A DNA stretch of 64,000 nt from the human T2T-CHM13v2.0 reference genome, Homo sapiens (GCF_009914755.1 NC_060929.1); one strand, 5' to 3'. Counted from the first letter of the stretch, positions 1 through 14,227 are shown. Made by a program: numbers and translations. Notes: generated from the sequence alone by a model not told the origin.

Positions 1-249
1 AAAGCCATTTAACATGAACATTTTTTAAAGGCTTGAAGAAATTATTTTGGGTAAAGTCTCTTTCCAGTGCCCCAGAAACTATGACCACAGGCAATGGATT
101 ATGCTGCATTTGCTGAGGCTGACCCCGTTCACCTGCTTTCCTTCCATGAATTATTATTGAGGTATAGCAATGGTTTTGGGTGGTCCAAAAATAGGACACT
201 AGGCCAGCCCCCGTCCTCAAGGTTATGTAGTAAGAAAACAACCATCTTT

Positions 250-588
250 CCTCCACTTTCTGTGACCATCCTCCTCTGCCTCAGAATTCCTCTGACTTCA
301 TTTTCATTCCCTGCATCCTCCTTCCTTCTGGCAGAGGCAGAAGCTTCTCTTTTCCTGGTCTGAATAATCCTTATCCCCACATCCCCCTCCTGCCTTGACT
401 CCTAATTCCATCCACTTCCTTTCTTCATCAACTTTCTTTTCTCCTTTTGAATGTCTTTCTCTCCTCCTGTCCCTTTCTTTCTGACTAAAAGCCTATGCGC
501 ATCATCCCTATTCTGAAAAACCCTTCTTTACAATGTATTGTCACCTCAAGTTACTACTCCAGCAACTTTCTTTCCCTACCAATCACCC
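250..588 (+). mobile_element. Ancient LINE-2 fragment
   Basis: Pyrimidine-rich L2-like text (ccacttcctttcttcatcaac...catccctattctgaaaaacccttc); similar L2-like sequence resumes after 9745; boundaries approximate. Confidence 0.45.
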
Positions 589-1004
589 TGTTAACAGAAA
601 ATCCTTAGCCAAATTAAATTAACAGAGTTTAATTAGACAAAGAACAATTCATGAATCAGGAAGCCTCTTGAACCAGAATAGGCTCAGAGAGATCCCAGCA
701 TAGCCACATGGTAGAAAAAGATTTATGGACAGAAAATGGAAAGTGACTTATGGAAAGTGACTTACAGAAAAGAGAAGTGAGGTACAGAAATAGCCAGATT
801 GGTTACAGCTCAGCATTTGCCTTATCTGAACATAGTTTAAACAGTTGGCCCCCTTTTATTGGCCAAAACTGGGTGATTGGCACAAAAGTAGGTTATAGCC
901 TATTTACATCTCCGTTTAAGTTATAGTTCACTATGTACAGAGAAACCTTTAGGCTGAACTTAAAATATGTGAGGAGGTAGTTTTAGACTAAACCTGATTT
1001 AAAA
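589..1004 (-). mobile_element. MER57-family LTR (ERV1), 3' LTR of a proviral remnant
   Basis: Reverse complement resembles MER57 (ttaagttcagcctaaaggtttctctgtacatagtgaactataac...ccaatc...tgtacctcacttc); immediately preceded on - strand by polypurine tract accaaaaggggaaaa (~1005-1020). Confidence 0.85.
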
Positions 1005-1787
1005 ATTTTCCCCTTTTGGTCATCGTCTCTCAATTTTGGGAGATTGACCAAAACTTTAGTCATTGATGTCACTATCACCATTGTAAATGTGAGTATTTGG
1101 TCTCGAAATCCGCTAGGAAATAGCAGAACAGTGGGATTTGTAAGGTGGGAACAAGAACTTCAGGTTATATTTTTGTAAGGGTTAGAGTAGAGGGTACTTT
1201 CTTATGCTGAAATGTCCTGTTTACAGGAGAAAAACAAGACCTGGTCTCCTCTGGAATCTATTTCTTTAAAGCCTTAGTTTGATTATATCACATTTAGCAT
1301 GAGTGTCTATTTTGGTTTGGTCTGATCTGTTGGGGCCTATTGCATGAGCTCAATCCAAAACAATGGCCTCCCATAATTTTGTTTAAAAAATTCTTCCCTT
1401 CTGGTCAAGTTCTCATTTAGTTGAGAGTATGACCAAAACTTAGGGCCTTAGTGCCACTCTTACTGTCATTTTGGGTTTTCAGTGTCAGCATATCATTCAT
1501 AGGTTCCAGTGCCCTCATGGTCACACATTTCTTTCAGCTCGTCATTCCAGTTGAAAAGAGACAATTTGACATTCTAGAGATGGCTGCGTGCAAACATTTA
1601 AGGCTTTTAAGAGAATACAACACACCAGGGAGACTACTATGACTATCAGCAGAATAATACCAAGGGTTTGGAGTATGCTCTTTAGCTGGGATACCCATTA
1701 ACCAAAGCAACTAAAATTAAACAGATCAAAGAATGAGCTGGGTAAACAGTCTATTTACTTTAACCAAGCAGTCTGTTCATTAATCCT

Positions 1788-1985
1788 CTATGACTGAATC
1801 CCCATAGTATACAATTTATTTCTCCATGGGCAACAAGACATGCCAGCAACTGCACGGCTACTTCTCCATTTAGCCAGTAAGTAATCTAGAGCAATTTTAA
1901 TATTTAGCATAACTTTCACAAGAGAATTTAAAGTCTGTTGTGTAACCACAGCCTTTACTATAGAATCTGCTAGAGATGCTATCAT
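1788..1985 (-). pseudogene. Degenerate retroviral env transmembrane subunit fragment (immunosuppressive domain and CX6CC remnant)
   Basis: ORF reads QQTLNSLVKVMLNIKIALDYLLAKWRSSRAVAGMSCCPW, resembling gamma-type TM LxSLAxVVLxNRxALDxLLAxxGGxCxxxxxxCCxW; first Cys lost. Confidence 0.8.
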
Positions 1986-2069
1986 GAGAGATTAATTTTT
2001 AATCATTACCTAATTTACTCTAAATCATGAAAAAGAAGACCTAAAAATGACGCTCATCCAGAAGAATGA

Positions 2070-2411
<342 letters not shown>

Positions 2412-2831
2412 TGATGTAGTTTAAGAGGAGCGGACCAAAGTTTCATTTCTGACTGATTATTAGGCAACAAATATGCCGTTAAAATTTCTTACCTACATTG
2501 ATCCTTCATCTTGCATCTATCGCAACATGAGCTTGTCCGTGTATAAGGCTGGCTGCAAAATCTTTCATAAATAGGAGTATACCCCATGAATACACACAAC
2601 AGACCCCCTTTTCATTTCCATTGTTCACAGAGGCATAAGCACACATTGAAAGATATGACTCTCATGATAGCAGAGAACTCTCAATCTGTGATTTTGGAAG
2701 AAAGCTGTCCACATCACGGATGCCAATGCTTCTGGGAAGAAACTTCTCTGATTAGCTTTACTTTAAGGTTTCTAATGGGTGTACAGTTCCAAGAGTGTGG
2801 AGGGTCCTTCTGAGTTGTGAGATTATGAACC

Positions 2832-5800
2832 TTATGGTATCTCTATTTTTAGTTTCTTGAGGAACCTCCAAATTGTTCTCCATAGAAGTTGAACTAATTT
2901 ACATTCCCACCAGCAGTATACGAGGGTTCCCTTTTCTCCACACCCTCGTCAGCATTTGTTATTGTCTGTCTTTGGATATAAGCCATTTTAACTGGGGTGA
3001 GATATCTCATTATAGTTTTGATTTGCATTTCTCTGATGATCAATGATGTTGAGTAACTTTTCATATAACTGTTTACAATTTGTATGTCTTCTTTTGAGAA
3101 ATGTCTATTCAAATATTTTGCCCATTTTTTGATCAGATTATTGGATTTTTTAGCTATAGATTTGTTTGAACTGCTGGTATATTCTGCTTATTAATCTCTT
3201 GTCAGATTGGTAGTTTGCAAATATTTTCTCCCATTCTGTGTATTTTCTCTTCACTTTGTTTATTGTATCATTTGCCGTGCAAAAGCTTTTTAACTTGATG
3301 TGATCCCATTTGTCCATTTTTGCTTTGGTTGTCTGTGCTTGTGGGGTATTGTTCAACAAATCTTTGCCCAGACCAATGTCCTGGAACATATCCCCAGTGT
3401 TTTCTTGTAGTAGTTTCATAGTTTGAAGTCCTAGATTTAAGTCTTTAATCCATTTTTATTTGATTTGATTTTAGTATATGACAAGAGATAGGGTCTAGTT
3501 TCATTCTTCTTCATATGGATATCCAGTTTTCCAGCACCATTTATTGAAGAGACTGTCTTTTCCCCAGCATATGTTCTTGGCACCTTTCTCAAAAATGAGT
3601 TCACTGTAGGTGTGTGGATTTGTTTCTGGGTCCTCTATTCTCTTAACTTTGAGCTATGTGTCTATTTTTATACCAGTACCATGCTGTTTTGGTTACTATA
3701 TCTCTGTAGTATAATTTGAAGCGAGGTAATGTGATTCTTCTAGTTTTGTTCTTTTTGCTAAGAATAGCTTTAGTTATTCTAGGTCCACAAAAGTAGTTCC
3801 ATATAAATTTTAGGATTGTTCTTTCTATTTCTGTAAAGAATGTCATTGGCATTTTGATAGAGATTGCACTGAATCTGTAGATTGCTTTGGGTAGCATGGA
3901 CATTGTAACAATATTGATTCTTCCAATCCATGATGATGAAATATCTTTCCATTTTTTGGTGTTCCCTTCAATTTCTTTCATGAGTGTTTTATTGTTTTCA
4001 TTATAGAGATCCTTCACTTCTTTGGTTAACTTAATTCCTAGATATTTGCTTTTATCTGTGGCTATTGTTGATGGAATTACTTTTTAGTTTTTATTTTTTA
4101 CATTGTTCACTCTTGGCATACAGAAATGCTCTGATTTTTGTGTGTTGATTTTGTATCCTGCAACTTTACTGAATTTGTTTATCACTTCTAGTAGCTTTCT
4201 TGTGAAATCTTTAGGTTTAGCTTTTTTAAATACAAGATTATATCATCTGCAAAAAAGGACAATTTGGCTTCTTCCTTTTCAATTCACATGCCCTTTTTTC
4301 AATCTTCTCTGATTACTCTAACTAGGGCTTCCAGTACTATGATGAATAACAGTGGTGACAGTGGGCATCTGTGTTATGTTCCCAATCATAGAGGAAAGGC
4401 TTTCAGTTTTTCCCCATACAGTATGATACTATTTAATATCTGTGGGTCTGTCATATATGGCTTTTATTATGTTCCTTCTATCCCAATTTTTTGAGGGTTT
4501 TATTATGAAGGAGTGTTGAATTTTATCAAATGCTTTTTCAGCATCAATTGAAAAGATCAATTGATCATTTTTATCCTTCATTCTTTTGATATGATGTATT
4601 ATGTGGATTTATTTTTTTATGTTGAATCATCCTTGCATGCCTAGGATAAATCCTACTTGGTCATGATGAATGATCTTTCTAATGTATTGTTGGATTTGGT
4701 TTAGTAGTATTCTGTTGAGGATTTTTGGCATCAATATTCATCAAAGCTATTAGTCTGTAGTTTTTTGTTTTATTTTGTTTCAATGTGTTTTTGGTTTTGG
4801 TATCAGGGTAATACTGGTCTCATAGAATGAGTTTGGAAGTATTACCTCTCCTCTATTTCTTGGAATAGTTTGAGTAGGATTGGTAACAGTTCTTATTTAA
4901 ATGTTTGGTAGAATTCAGCGGTGAAGTCATCGGGTTGTGAGCTTTAATTTGCAGGGAGACTTTTTATTATGGCTTCAATCTCATTTCTTGTTATTGGTAT
5001 GTTCAGGTTTTGGATTTCTTCCTGTTTTAATCTCAGTATGTTGTATGTATCTAGGAATTTGTCCATTTCTTTTAGATTTTCCAATTTATTGGCATATAGT
5101 TGCTCATAGTAGCCACTAGTAATCCTTTGACTTGCTGCAGTATCACTTGTAATGTCTCCTTTTTCATTCCTGATTTTATTTAATTGGATCATCTCTCTCT
5201 CTCTCTTTTTTTGTCTGGTGAAAGGTTTGTCAATTTTGTTTAACTTTTCAAATAACAAACTTTTGTTTCATTGATGTTTTGTATTGTTTTCTTCATTTCA
5301 ATTTCCTTTATTTCTGCTCTGATTTTCATTATTTCTTTTCTTCCAGTAACTTGGGGTTTAGTTTGCTCTTGCTTTTCTAGTTCTTTAAGATATTTATTTT
5401 AGATTGTTTATTTGACATTATGGCACTTATAGCTATAAAATTCCCTCAGAATTGCTTTTGCTGTATCCCATAGGTTTTGGTATGTGTGTTTCCATTGCTT
5501 GTTTCAAGAAATTTTTCAATTTCCTTCTTGATTCTTTCATTGACCCACTGGTCATTCAGGAGCACATTGTTAAATTTCTATGTATTTGTATAGGTTCCAA
5601 AATTCCTCTTGTTATTGATTTCTAATTTTGCTCCATTGTGGTCAGAGAAAATGCCTGATATTATTTCAATTTTTTTGAATGTTTTATTTTGTGACCTAAT
5701 ATATGGTCTATCCTTGAGAATTATCCATGTGCTGAGGAAAAGAATGTGTATTCTGCAGCCATTGGAGGAATGTTCTGTCAATATCTATTAGATCCATTTG

Positions 5801-8800
5801 GTCTATAGTGCAGATTAAGTCTGATGTTTCTTTGCTGATTTTCTCTCTGGAAGATCTGTCCAGTGCTGAATGAGGGGTGTTGAAGTCCTCAGCTATTATT
5901 GTATTGGAGCCTATCTCTCTCTGTAGCTCTAATAATATTTGCTTTATATATCTGTGTGCTCCTGTGTTAGGCACATACATATATTTAAAATTGCTATATC
6001 CTCTTGCTGAATTGACCCCTTTATTATTATACAGTGAACTTCTTTGTTTCTTTTAATAGTTTTCTGTCTTCAAATCTATTTTGTCTCACATAAGTGTAGT
6101 GACACCTGCTCCTTTTTGATTCACGCTGGCATAGATTTTTTCCATCCTTTTATATTCAGTCTATGTGTGTCTTTACAGATGAAGTGTGTTTCTTGTAGGC
6201 AACAGATCACTGGGTCTTGTTTTTTTCATCCACTCAATGAGTCTATGTATTTTGATTGGAGAGTTTAGTCTTTTTACATTCAATGTTATAATTGATAAGG
6301 ACTTACTCCTGCCATTTTGTTATCTGTTTTCTGGTTGTTTTGTGGTCTCCTCTTCCTTCTTTCTTTCCTTCCTATATTCTTCTAGTGAAGGTAATTTTCT
6401 CTGGTGATATGATTTAGTTTCTTGCTTTTTATTTTTTGTGTACCCATTGTATGTTTTTTGTTTGTTTGAGGTTATCATGAGGTCTGCAAATACTATCTTA
6501 TAACTCATCATTTTAACCTGATAAAAACTTAACACTATTTGCATAAATAAACAAGCAAAAAGAAAACTAATAAAAACTCTAACCTTAACTTCATCCCCTG
6601 ACTTTTTAACTTTTTGTTTTTTTCTATTTATTTATAAATTTTTGTTCAGACCATGTCTTTAAAAGTTGTGGTAGTTATTATTTTTATTGGTTCATTGTTC
6701 AGTCTTTCTACTTAGGATAAGAGTAGTTTACACACCACAGTTACAGTGTTACAATACTCTGTGTTTTTCTATGTACTTACCAGTAAGTTTTGTATCTTCA
6801 GGTGATTATTTACTGCTCATTAATGTCCTTTTCTTTCTGATTGAAGTACTTCCTTTAGCATTTCTTGTAGGACAGGTCTGGTATTGATGAAATCCCTCAG
6901 CTTTCGCTTATCTGGGAAAGTCTTTATTTCTCCTTCATGTTTGAAGAATATTTTCACCAGTTATACTATTCTAGGGTAAAAGTTTTTTTTTTTCCTTCAA
7001 CACTTTAAATATGTAATGCCACCTCTCTCCTGGCCTGTAAGGTTTCCACTGGAAAGTCTGTTGCCAGATGTATTGGAGCTCCATTGTATGTTATTTGTTT
7101 CTTTACTCTTGCTGCCTTTAGGATCCTTTCCTTGTCCTTGACCATTGGGAGCTGGATTATTAAATGCCTTGAATTTATCTTCTTTGGGTGAAAACTTCTT
7201 GGTGTTCTACAACCTTCTTGTATTGGATATTGATATCTTTTTCTGTGTTTGAAAAGTTCTTGTTATTATCCCTTTGCATTAAACTTCCTATCCCGATCTC
7301 TTTCTCTACCACTTCTTTAAGACCAATAACTCTTAAATTAGCCCTTTTAAGATTATTTTCTATAATATATTCCGTAGGCATGCTTCATTGTTTTTTATTC
7401 TTTTTTGTATTGTCTCCTCTGACTGTCTATTTTCAAATAACCTGTCTTCAAGCTCACTAATTCTTTCTTCTGTTTGATTATTTCTGCTATTAAAGGTCTC
7501 TAATGCATTCTTAAATATGCCAATTGCATTTTTCAGCTTCAGAATTTCTGCTTGATTGTTTTTAATTATTTAAATCTCTTTGTTAAATTTATCTGATAGA
7601 ATTCTGAATTTATTCTCTGTCTTATTTTTAATTTCTCTGAGTTTCCTCTAAACAGCTATTTAGAATTCCTGTCTGAAAGGTCACATGTCTCTCTTTCTCC
7701 AGGATTGGTCCCTGATGAGTTATGCAGTCCCTTTGGTGTGGTCATGTTTTCTTTGGTAGTGTTGATGCTAATAGATGTTCTTTAGTGTCTGGGCATTGAA
7801 GTTTATTGGAGTCTTCACCATCTTGGTTTATTTATAGAAGTTCTTCTTGGGAAGGCTTTCTAGATATTTGAAAGGACTTGGGTGTTGTGATCTAGGCTCT
7901 ACCTGCTTTAGGGAGTACTGCAAATCCAGTAACACTGTGGTTCTTGCAGACTTGTGGAGGTACCACCTTGATGGTCTTGGACAAGATCTGGGAGAATTCT
8001 CTGGATTACCAGGCAGAGACTCTTGTTCTCGTCCCTTACTTTCTCCCAAACATACAGGGCTTCTCTCTGTTCTGAGCTATCTAAAGCTTGGGGTGGAATA
8101 ACACAAGGACCCCTGTGGCCACCATCACTATGACTGCACTGGCTCAGAACTGAAGGCAGCACAGTGCTGGATCTACCGTAACCACTCCCTGGCTACTCTC
8201 TATGTTCACTGATGGCCCCCAGGCTCTACAATTAACAGATGTCAAGGCCAGCCAGGCCTGTGTCCTTCCCTTCAGGGCAGTAAACTATCCCATGCCCCAG
8301 GTGGGTCCAGAGGTGCCATCCAGGAGTTAGGGACTACAGTCAAAAACCTTAGAAATCTACCTGGTGCTCTATTATATTGTGGCTGTTCTGGTGCTCAAAC
8401 CACACAGTGCAGTTCTTCCCACTCTTCCGTGTTTTTTCCAAAAGCAGGAGACTCACCCCATAGCTACCACCACCCCAGGCCTTGAGGAGTACTGTAAGAC
8501 TACTATTGATGTTCCCTTAAGGTCCAAGTTCTCTTAAGTCAATTTGTCATGAATGCTGCCTGGCCTGGGACTCACCTTTCAGGGAAGTGGGCTCCCCTCT
8601 GACCCTGGGCAGGTTCTAAAATGGTAAGACTCAAGTCGAGCTCTACCCCTCTGTGGCCATGCTGTGATACCTAAGGTATCAGACAAAGACCCCTTTACTT
8701 TTCCCTCTGCTTTTTTCAAGCAGAGGGAGTTTTCTCCCATAGCCACCACAGCTGGTATTGTGCTGAGTCTCATCTGAAGCCAGCAACTCTCAGAGGCTCA

Positions 8801-9742
8801 CCCAAGGAACTCTATGTAGTACCTGGGTATCACTGCTGGTTATTCAGAGCCCAGGAGTTCTTCAATTAGCAGGTGATTAATGCTGCAGGACTGGGTCCTT
8901 TCCTTCAAGGCAGTGGGTTCCCTTCTGGCTCAGGGTGTGTCTAGAAATGTCATCTGGGAGCTAGGGCCTGGAACAAGGACCTGACAACTCTGATTGGTAC
9001 TCTATCCTGCTGTGGCTGGGCTGATATTTAAGATGCAAGACAAGGTCCTCCCCACTCTTCCCTCTCCTATCCTCAAGCATAAGGAAGGAGTCTTTTTTGG
9101 AGCCATGAGCTGTGCAGCCTGGGGTTAGGGAATGGGTGATGCCAGCACTTCCTTGCCTGTCCCAGCTGATGTCTCAGTATGCCATGTGCCCTCCCCGGTA
9201 CATGATCTCTTAGCCTACTTCAACACTAGGACTCACTTAAGAATATCAGTCCTTATGGCCTAGACTGCCTTTCAAGTTTTCTGGTATACACAGAGTGCTG
9301 TAGCCCTTGGTGGAGAGGTTTGCAGGCACTGGGATTAACGATTCCCCTCTGGCTGGGGCTGGTTTAAATGTTCCCTCCATGGGTGGGCTCCAGCTGAGTT
9401 TAGTTTGGTTTTCCTTTCTGTTCAAACACAGCACTGAGTTCAATGCCTCACAATTGCTGTGTTCTCCCTCCCTAGCTGGAGATGATCTCCACACCACACC
9501 GCTGCTGCCAGAGGGAGCATGGAGGGATGGTGTCAGCAATTTGGGACTGTTTTTTCTATCTCTTTAGTGCCTCTTTCAACAATATGAAGTTAAAACCAGG
9601 TACTGTGAGTGCTCATCTGATTTTTGGTTCTTATGAAGATGTTTTTTTTTTCTGTGTAGATAGTTGTTAACTTGGTGTCTTTGCACGGGGTTGCAATCTG
9701 TGGAGCTTTCTATTTCGCCACCTTGCTCCACCTTGCTCCAAC
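2832..9742 (-). mobile_element. Near full-length old L1 (L1MA/L1M1-type 5'UTR) with broken ORF1/ORF2, lacking 3'UTR and poly(A)
   Basis: ORF2 fragments in track ([54 protein letters not shown], endonuclease YVPNTGA..DFNTPHSALDR); ORF1 fragment NLKRANLRVIGL; 5' end ggagcaaggtggcgaaatagaaagctccac near 9700-9740. Confidence 0.93.
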
Positions 9743-9744
9743 TC

Positions 9745-10130
9745 TAGTTTTCTTTGATTGAAGCATTTCCTTCTCTTATTTTCCTGAAGCTTACCATCCA
9801 GGAAAAGACTCTCAAGATTCAGTGCATTCTCTTTGGCTTTGTCTCTGTCATTTCCCTCAAGAGTTATCCATTTTGTGGCTTCACTGTGCATTGTTTAGGT
9901 GTGTTTTTACAAAGGGATTATTTCCCCAATTTGCATTCCAACCTCCAGTAGCCATTGGTCATATCTACATAGATAAGCCATTTAGACCTGAAACTTCATC
10001 AGTTTTAAACCAAACTCAAGACCTAACTAATTTATATGCCTCATTTTATTTATATGAATGGTGTCATCATTTCTAGCTACACAAGCTCAGAGTCTCCAAG
10101 TTATCCTTGTTTTCTCCTCTCCCTTAACAC
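9745..10130 (+). mobile_element. LINE-2 fragment
   Basis: L2-like motifs (atatctacat..gacctgaaacttcatc..caaactc, catcatttctagctacacaagctcagagtctccaagttatccttg); boundaries approximate. Confidence 0.5.
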
Positions 10131-10593
10131 CTGAGCACTAAACCGTAAGCCAAAGGCAGTTCTCAGGATCCAGCAGTGAGTGAGAGGAGAGTACTGCAAG
10201 ATATTTTTGGTTACAATTTAGTGACATTTTTATGCCCTGATGATATTCTAGATACACCACAGCCAAGCTACTAGGTTAAGTTTATGCCTGTTCTTCATAT
10301 CCCCTTTCTTCTCATTTAATTTTCTTTTGCATCCATATCTCCAGTTTTCTTTGAATTCCTTTCCTAGCTCTTTCTTTCTTTGTTTTATCTTTCTCTTTTA
10401 TTGGTAATCAATCATATTTTTTAAAAGTATTATATTCCCTTTGTCTCTCCCCATCAGCATTAATTTATTGAACAATACCTATTCAATCCTATCTACTTCT
10501 CTATCTCTCTATCTATCTCACATCATACTTCATTGGTACTCATTTTCATCATCTTTCTTAATCTTAAAACCATTCCAAAGGAACAAAGACCAT

Positions 10594-11017
10594 TGTATGG
10601 CAGACAGGCCCGATAGCAGTAACTTCAGCACATCCTGAAAATGACCCTATGGTCTAAGAAGAATTTGCTCAGTGTCCCAATCTAAGGAATCTAGGAGTGG
10701 CCAATCCAGATTCACTCCTTATCTATGAAGGACATCTGAGCCCCTGGCTCATCCCTTGCAATGCAGGCCACACAGGGGATCAAAGCCGTTTGTTTTGGTT
10801 AGATTGCGGTAGCTAGGTGGAGGGTGCTAAGTGAAAATGCTATATAAACTGTCTGCTTTTTATAAACGGTAGCGGTTTGCCTGACCAGCCTGCCACCAAA
10901 GGCCCATACCTGTATGTAAATCCCCCCAGTAAACCCTATGTCTTGTTCACTGTCTCTTCTTCATCTTCTCAGACATAGTGTCATCCCTACTGGAGTCAAT
11001 AGGGGTCCAATACAACA
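10594..11017 (+). mobile_element. Solo ERVL-class LTR (LTR47-like)
   Basis: TG...CA termini, TATA-like ctatataaa at ~10850, perfect 5-bp TSD ACCAT (10589-10593 / 11018-11022); subfamily name from memory. Confidence 0.85.
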
Positions 11018-12214
11018 ACCATTTCCATGTTATTCATTATTTTATCTTGTATCCCATGGTGCCAAGCACTTAGTAGGTGTTCAGTAAGTGTTTGTTAAAG
11101 GAAAAAAGGATGGGAGGGAGGGGAGAAGGGAAGAGGAGAATTTGGCTCCCCACTTTGCAGATAGGCAACTAAGACAACAGTCATACAGCCAATTAGTGAT
11201 GGAGTCAGATTTCTACTCCCCATCTGGTTAAAGTCCAAACCTGTAATAAGGACACTGCTCTTCTGTGTCCCCCACTCTATACTAGGTGCTAAAGGAGAAG
11301 ACACATATGTAAAAGACAAAGGTTCTGCCCTCCAGGACTATATAATTTAGTAAGGGAGTTAACTACATGAATAACTATAATATAAGTTAGGATATAATTA
11401 TGGGTCCACAATCTCCAAAATGATTTGTTCAGTATCTAGCTTCTGGGTAAATAATTTTAATGTGTAACAGAATAAAACAAGTTAGTAAACAGTCTCCATA
11501 TAGAAGGTTCTCCTTTCCCCTGGAGCCTTGTGGTTGCCCTTAAGAACAAGAATCTTAAAATTTAAACAAAGAGGACACTCTCTAACACAAGTCAGATCCA
11601 GAGGCTCAGGTTAATGAAGATGCCTGTATAGTTCCGAGACTGACAACAGATTCAAAGTCCTGAGAAACAATTCTTCACTGCTGGCTCATAAAAGCCAAAA
11701 TAGTGTCATTAAAATGTGATGTAGTTTATTATCTTTCATAAGTTGGCTCAAAAGAGGAAACTTCTTTATGGCTTGGAAAAGATAGAAAGTGAATTCATTT
11801 TTAAAAGACTAGAGTAGACAAATAATGTAGTCTCTCGTGCATACCACACCATCTAATTCTCAATACAGTTCCTCCTTTAAGGAAAAATAAATATGAGTAT
11901 TTATATAGTTCCAGGAAGTATCTTTCTATTACAGGGATGGTGGCTCATGGAACCAAAAGGAAAATATGAGTCACTTGCAAGGGACCTGGTTGAAAAGCTA
12001 CAGGTTGAGACTTGTTTGTTGATAGGAGTATTTGTGACACCTATGATTTGGACCAAGTGTTTACTCTGAGGATTGAGACCTTGTAATAAGATGAGATTTA
12101 TATTTCTCCCAGAGTATTAGTAAGGAGATAAGTAAAGATCTCTCTAAGTTCCTTGGAGCACTCCTATTTTATCTTTTCCTCCTTTGGCTGTTGTTTTTCC
12201 TTCTGTTAATTTTC

Positions 12215-13080
12215 AGCAATCTTTTTTTAAAGTGGCCATTTTTTTCAATAATTGCAACTTGGAGGGTTAGATCTGTCCAGAGGTTTATTGGGTATATTTT
12301 GGCAGTCCAGACTGGGTGAGTAATTATTTCAGCTGCAGATTCATAATCTTCTTAGCTTTATTTTTTGGTCTAGTCTCTTTCCCTTTTTCATTTTTAATTA
12401 AAGTACAAGACAACTTTTCAGCAAGATTAATCAAATTGTGAGTGTGAGAAGTAGCCCAGCTAGGGCAATGTCTCTTTACTATTAGAGCTAATTTTTTGCG
12501 TAGCCCATTTATAAACTTGGAGTTCAGGAGAGTCTCATTTTGATGATTAGCAGAACTCACCTCAGATAAACCTGAATATTGTCTAAAAGTCTTTTCAAAT
12601 CTTTCAAAATATAACACCACTGACTCACCTAGATGTTGTTGACATCGCTGTATTTTATTCCAATCAACTCCCTTTTAGAAGACTAAAGAAATGGTTGCAA
12701 GTAGAGCCTTTCAGTGTCACGGGCATTCCTGCAGTCTTCTTTTGAACATTTATGGAAATCCTCTAGGGGTTTTGCCAACGGGCTTTATCTATTCAAGCCT
12801 CATTTTTAGCCTTGTTTTTGAAGCTAACATGTAAACTAGTTGATATAAATCAGAAATACCAGGGTCATAAGCTCAAATACTTAAATTCCATAGCAGGGCA
12901 AGGTAATTTAGACAGTAAAGGATAGAGACAAAAAGGACCCGAGGGAGGAGAAGGGAAAGCTTCTGAGGGAGGAGAAGCTTCAGCAACCATTTTAAATTCA
13001 GAAATTGTTTTAGACAGTCTTCTGGGTTTTTTTTCCTGCAAAGAAATAACTTTATCAGAACCTCTTTTGGATGCATTCAA
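12215..13080 (-). pseudogene. Degenerate ERV gag (proline-rich segment, capsid, NC zinc knuckle)
   Basis: EASPPSEAFPSPPS..LYPLL; VDWNKIQRCQQHLGESVVLYFERFEKTFRQYSG; KFINGL; broken CX2CX4HX4C (CNY*...GHFKKDC) at ~12215-12260. Confidence 0.8.
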
Positions 13081-14206
13081 ATACCATTGAAAATGACATT
13101 CCCAATTACTCTGTTTTATTCTAGTCAGCTTTTTTAAATTTGAACTTGCAAGTAAATTAGTTGAAGTTTTTCAAAGGTATCCCATTTCAGCCATTGAAGT
13201 TTTGGTTCTTCCAAGTTATATGGGACCATTTTTAAAAATAATGACAAGGTGTGGTGCCGTAAGTATTGTACATGAATCTAGCTGGAGTCTCTAAAGGTGG
13301 ATTTTTCCTCAAGGAAGACTTGGTTTTAGATGGCTGATTGTCCATCATTTGCACTTTTCTCTTAAGGACTAAAAGCTAAAAGGGAAAGGTGTTTTGGACT
13401 GAGTGTACTGCTTAAGGGACTAGCTCCCCAAGGTGTCACCCTTGGGTTGGTTCTTCCCTTTTATGTGTCTCAATGAAAAACAGGAATTCAGTGTGCTTAA
13501 GGCACTGGGAGATCAGTCCCTTATATGTGCCCACAAGTTTAAGCAAATTTCCCTGTATTTTCTTCTTTGGGAATTCCCTGTGGGACCATTTCTTGTCTCG
13601 ATTGATAAGCTCTGAAACTTGCACAAGTCCTTGGTTGCCTAAGGTGCCTTTGGCTGGGAGGAACAGTGTCCCTTTTCTTCAGGACTTACCACATCCTAAT
13701 AAAGGTCTTTTGTTAATTATTGGTCACTCAAAAGAAGAATTCTAATTTGCCAAATTGAACCAAACTTCAAAACCTCACCAATTTAAATCACAATTTTGCT
13801 TAATCCATAGACATTTACTTTCTCCTATTAAAGAGAAACCAGATTTTGAACTAGAGAAAAGGTTGCAAACTTTAGCAAGTAAGACGAACAAAATCTTAAC
13901 CTCAAAGATGATTAAAACCACAAACTTGCAAACAACAGAATCTCTAGAGAGATAAAAAAATGAAACTACTACCTTAAAGCTTTAAAGTTAAGCTTCAATT
14001 CCAGCTCCATCCGGTATGGAATCAGGTTGCTTGAATACAGTCTGCATTTCACCTAAGCCAGGGAGATTTGAAACCAGAGAGGAGCCTTACCAAGGGCTTC
14101 CCACAAACTCCAGCAAAAGTCAGTTGGATGGAAACAGTTCATGCTGGTACCAGCATGCTGGACTGTAAAGAAAGCAGAAAGAGTCAATGTAGGAAGCTCA
14201 CTATGG

Positions 14207-14224
14207 GTCCCATCTGGGTCACCA
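14207..14224 (-). promoter_or_regulatory. Retroviral primer-binding site complementary to tRNA-Arg(CCG)
   Basis: - strand TGGTGACCCAGATGGGAC vs expected TGGCGACCCAGATGGGAC (17/18, CpG decay), 3 nt from LTR end. Confidence 0.8.
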
Positions 14225-14227
14225 AAA

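Larger units (their letters stand above)
11495..14227 (-). mobile_element. ERV1-class internal remnant: leader, gag, pro and possibly start of pol; 3' part missing
   Basis: Follows LTR and PBS on - strand; gag MHR-like and zinc-knuckle motifs; left boundary approximate. Confidence 0.8.

Noticed and set aside
738-765. Tandem ggaaagtgactta duplication, and similar micro-duplications at 9718-9740 and 29762-29783
   Set aside because: Ordinary slippage duplications with only two copies; no array structure
2832-9742. Retrotransposition-competent L1
   Set aside because: ORF1 and ORF2 are broken into many short frames and the 3' end is absent
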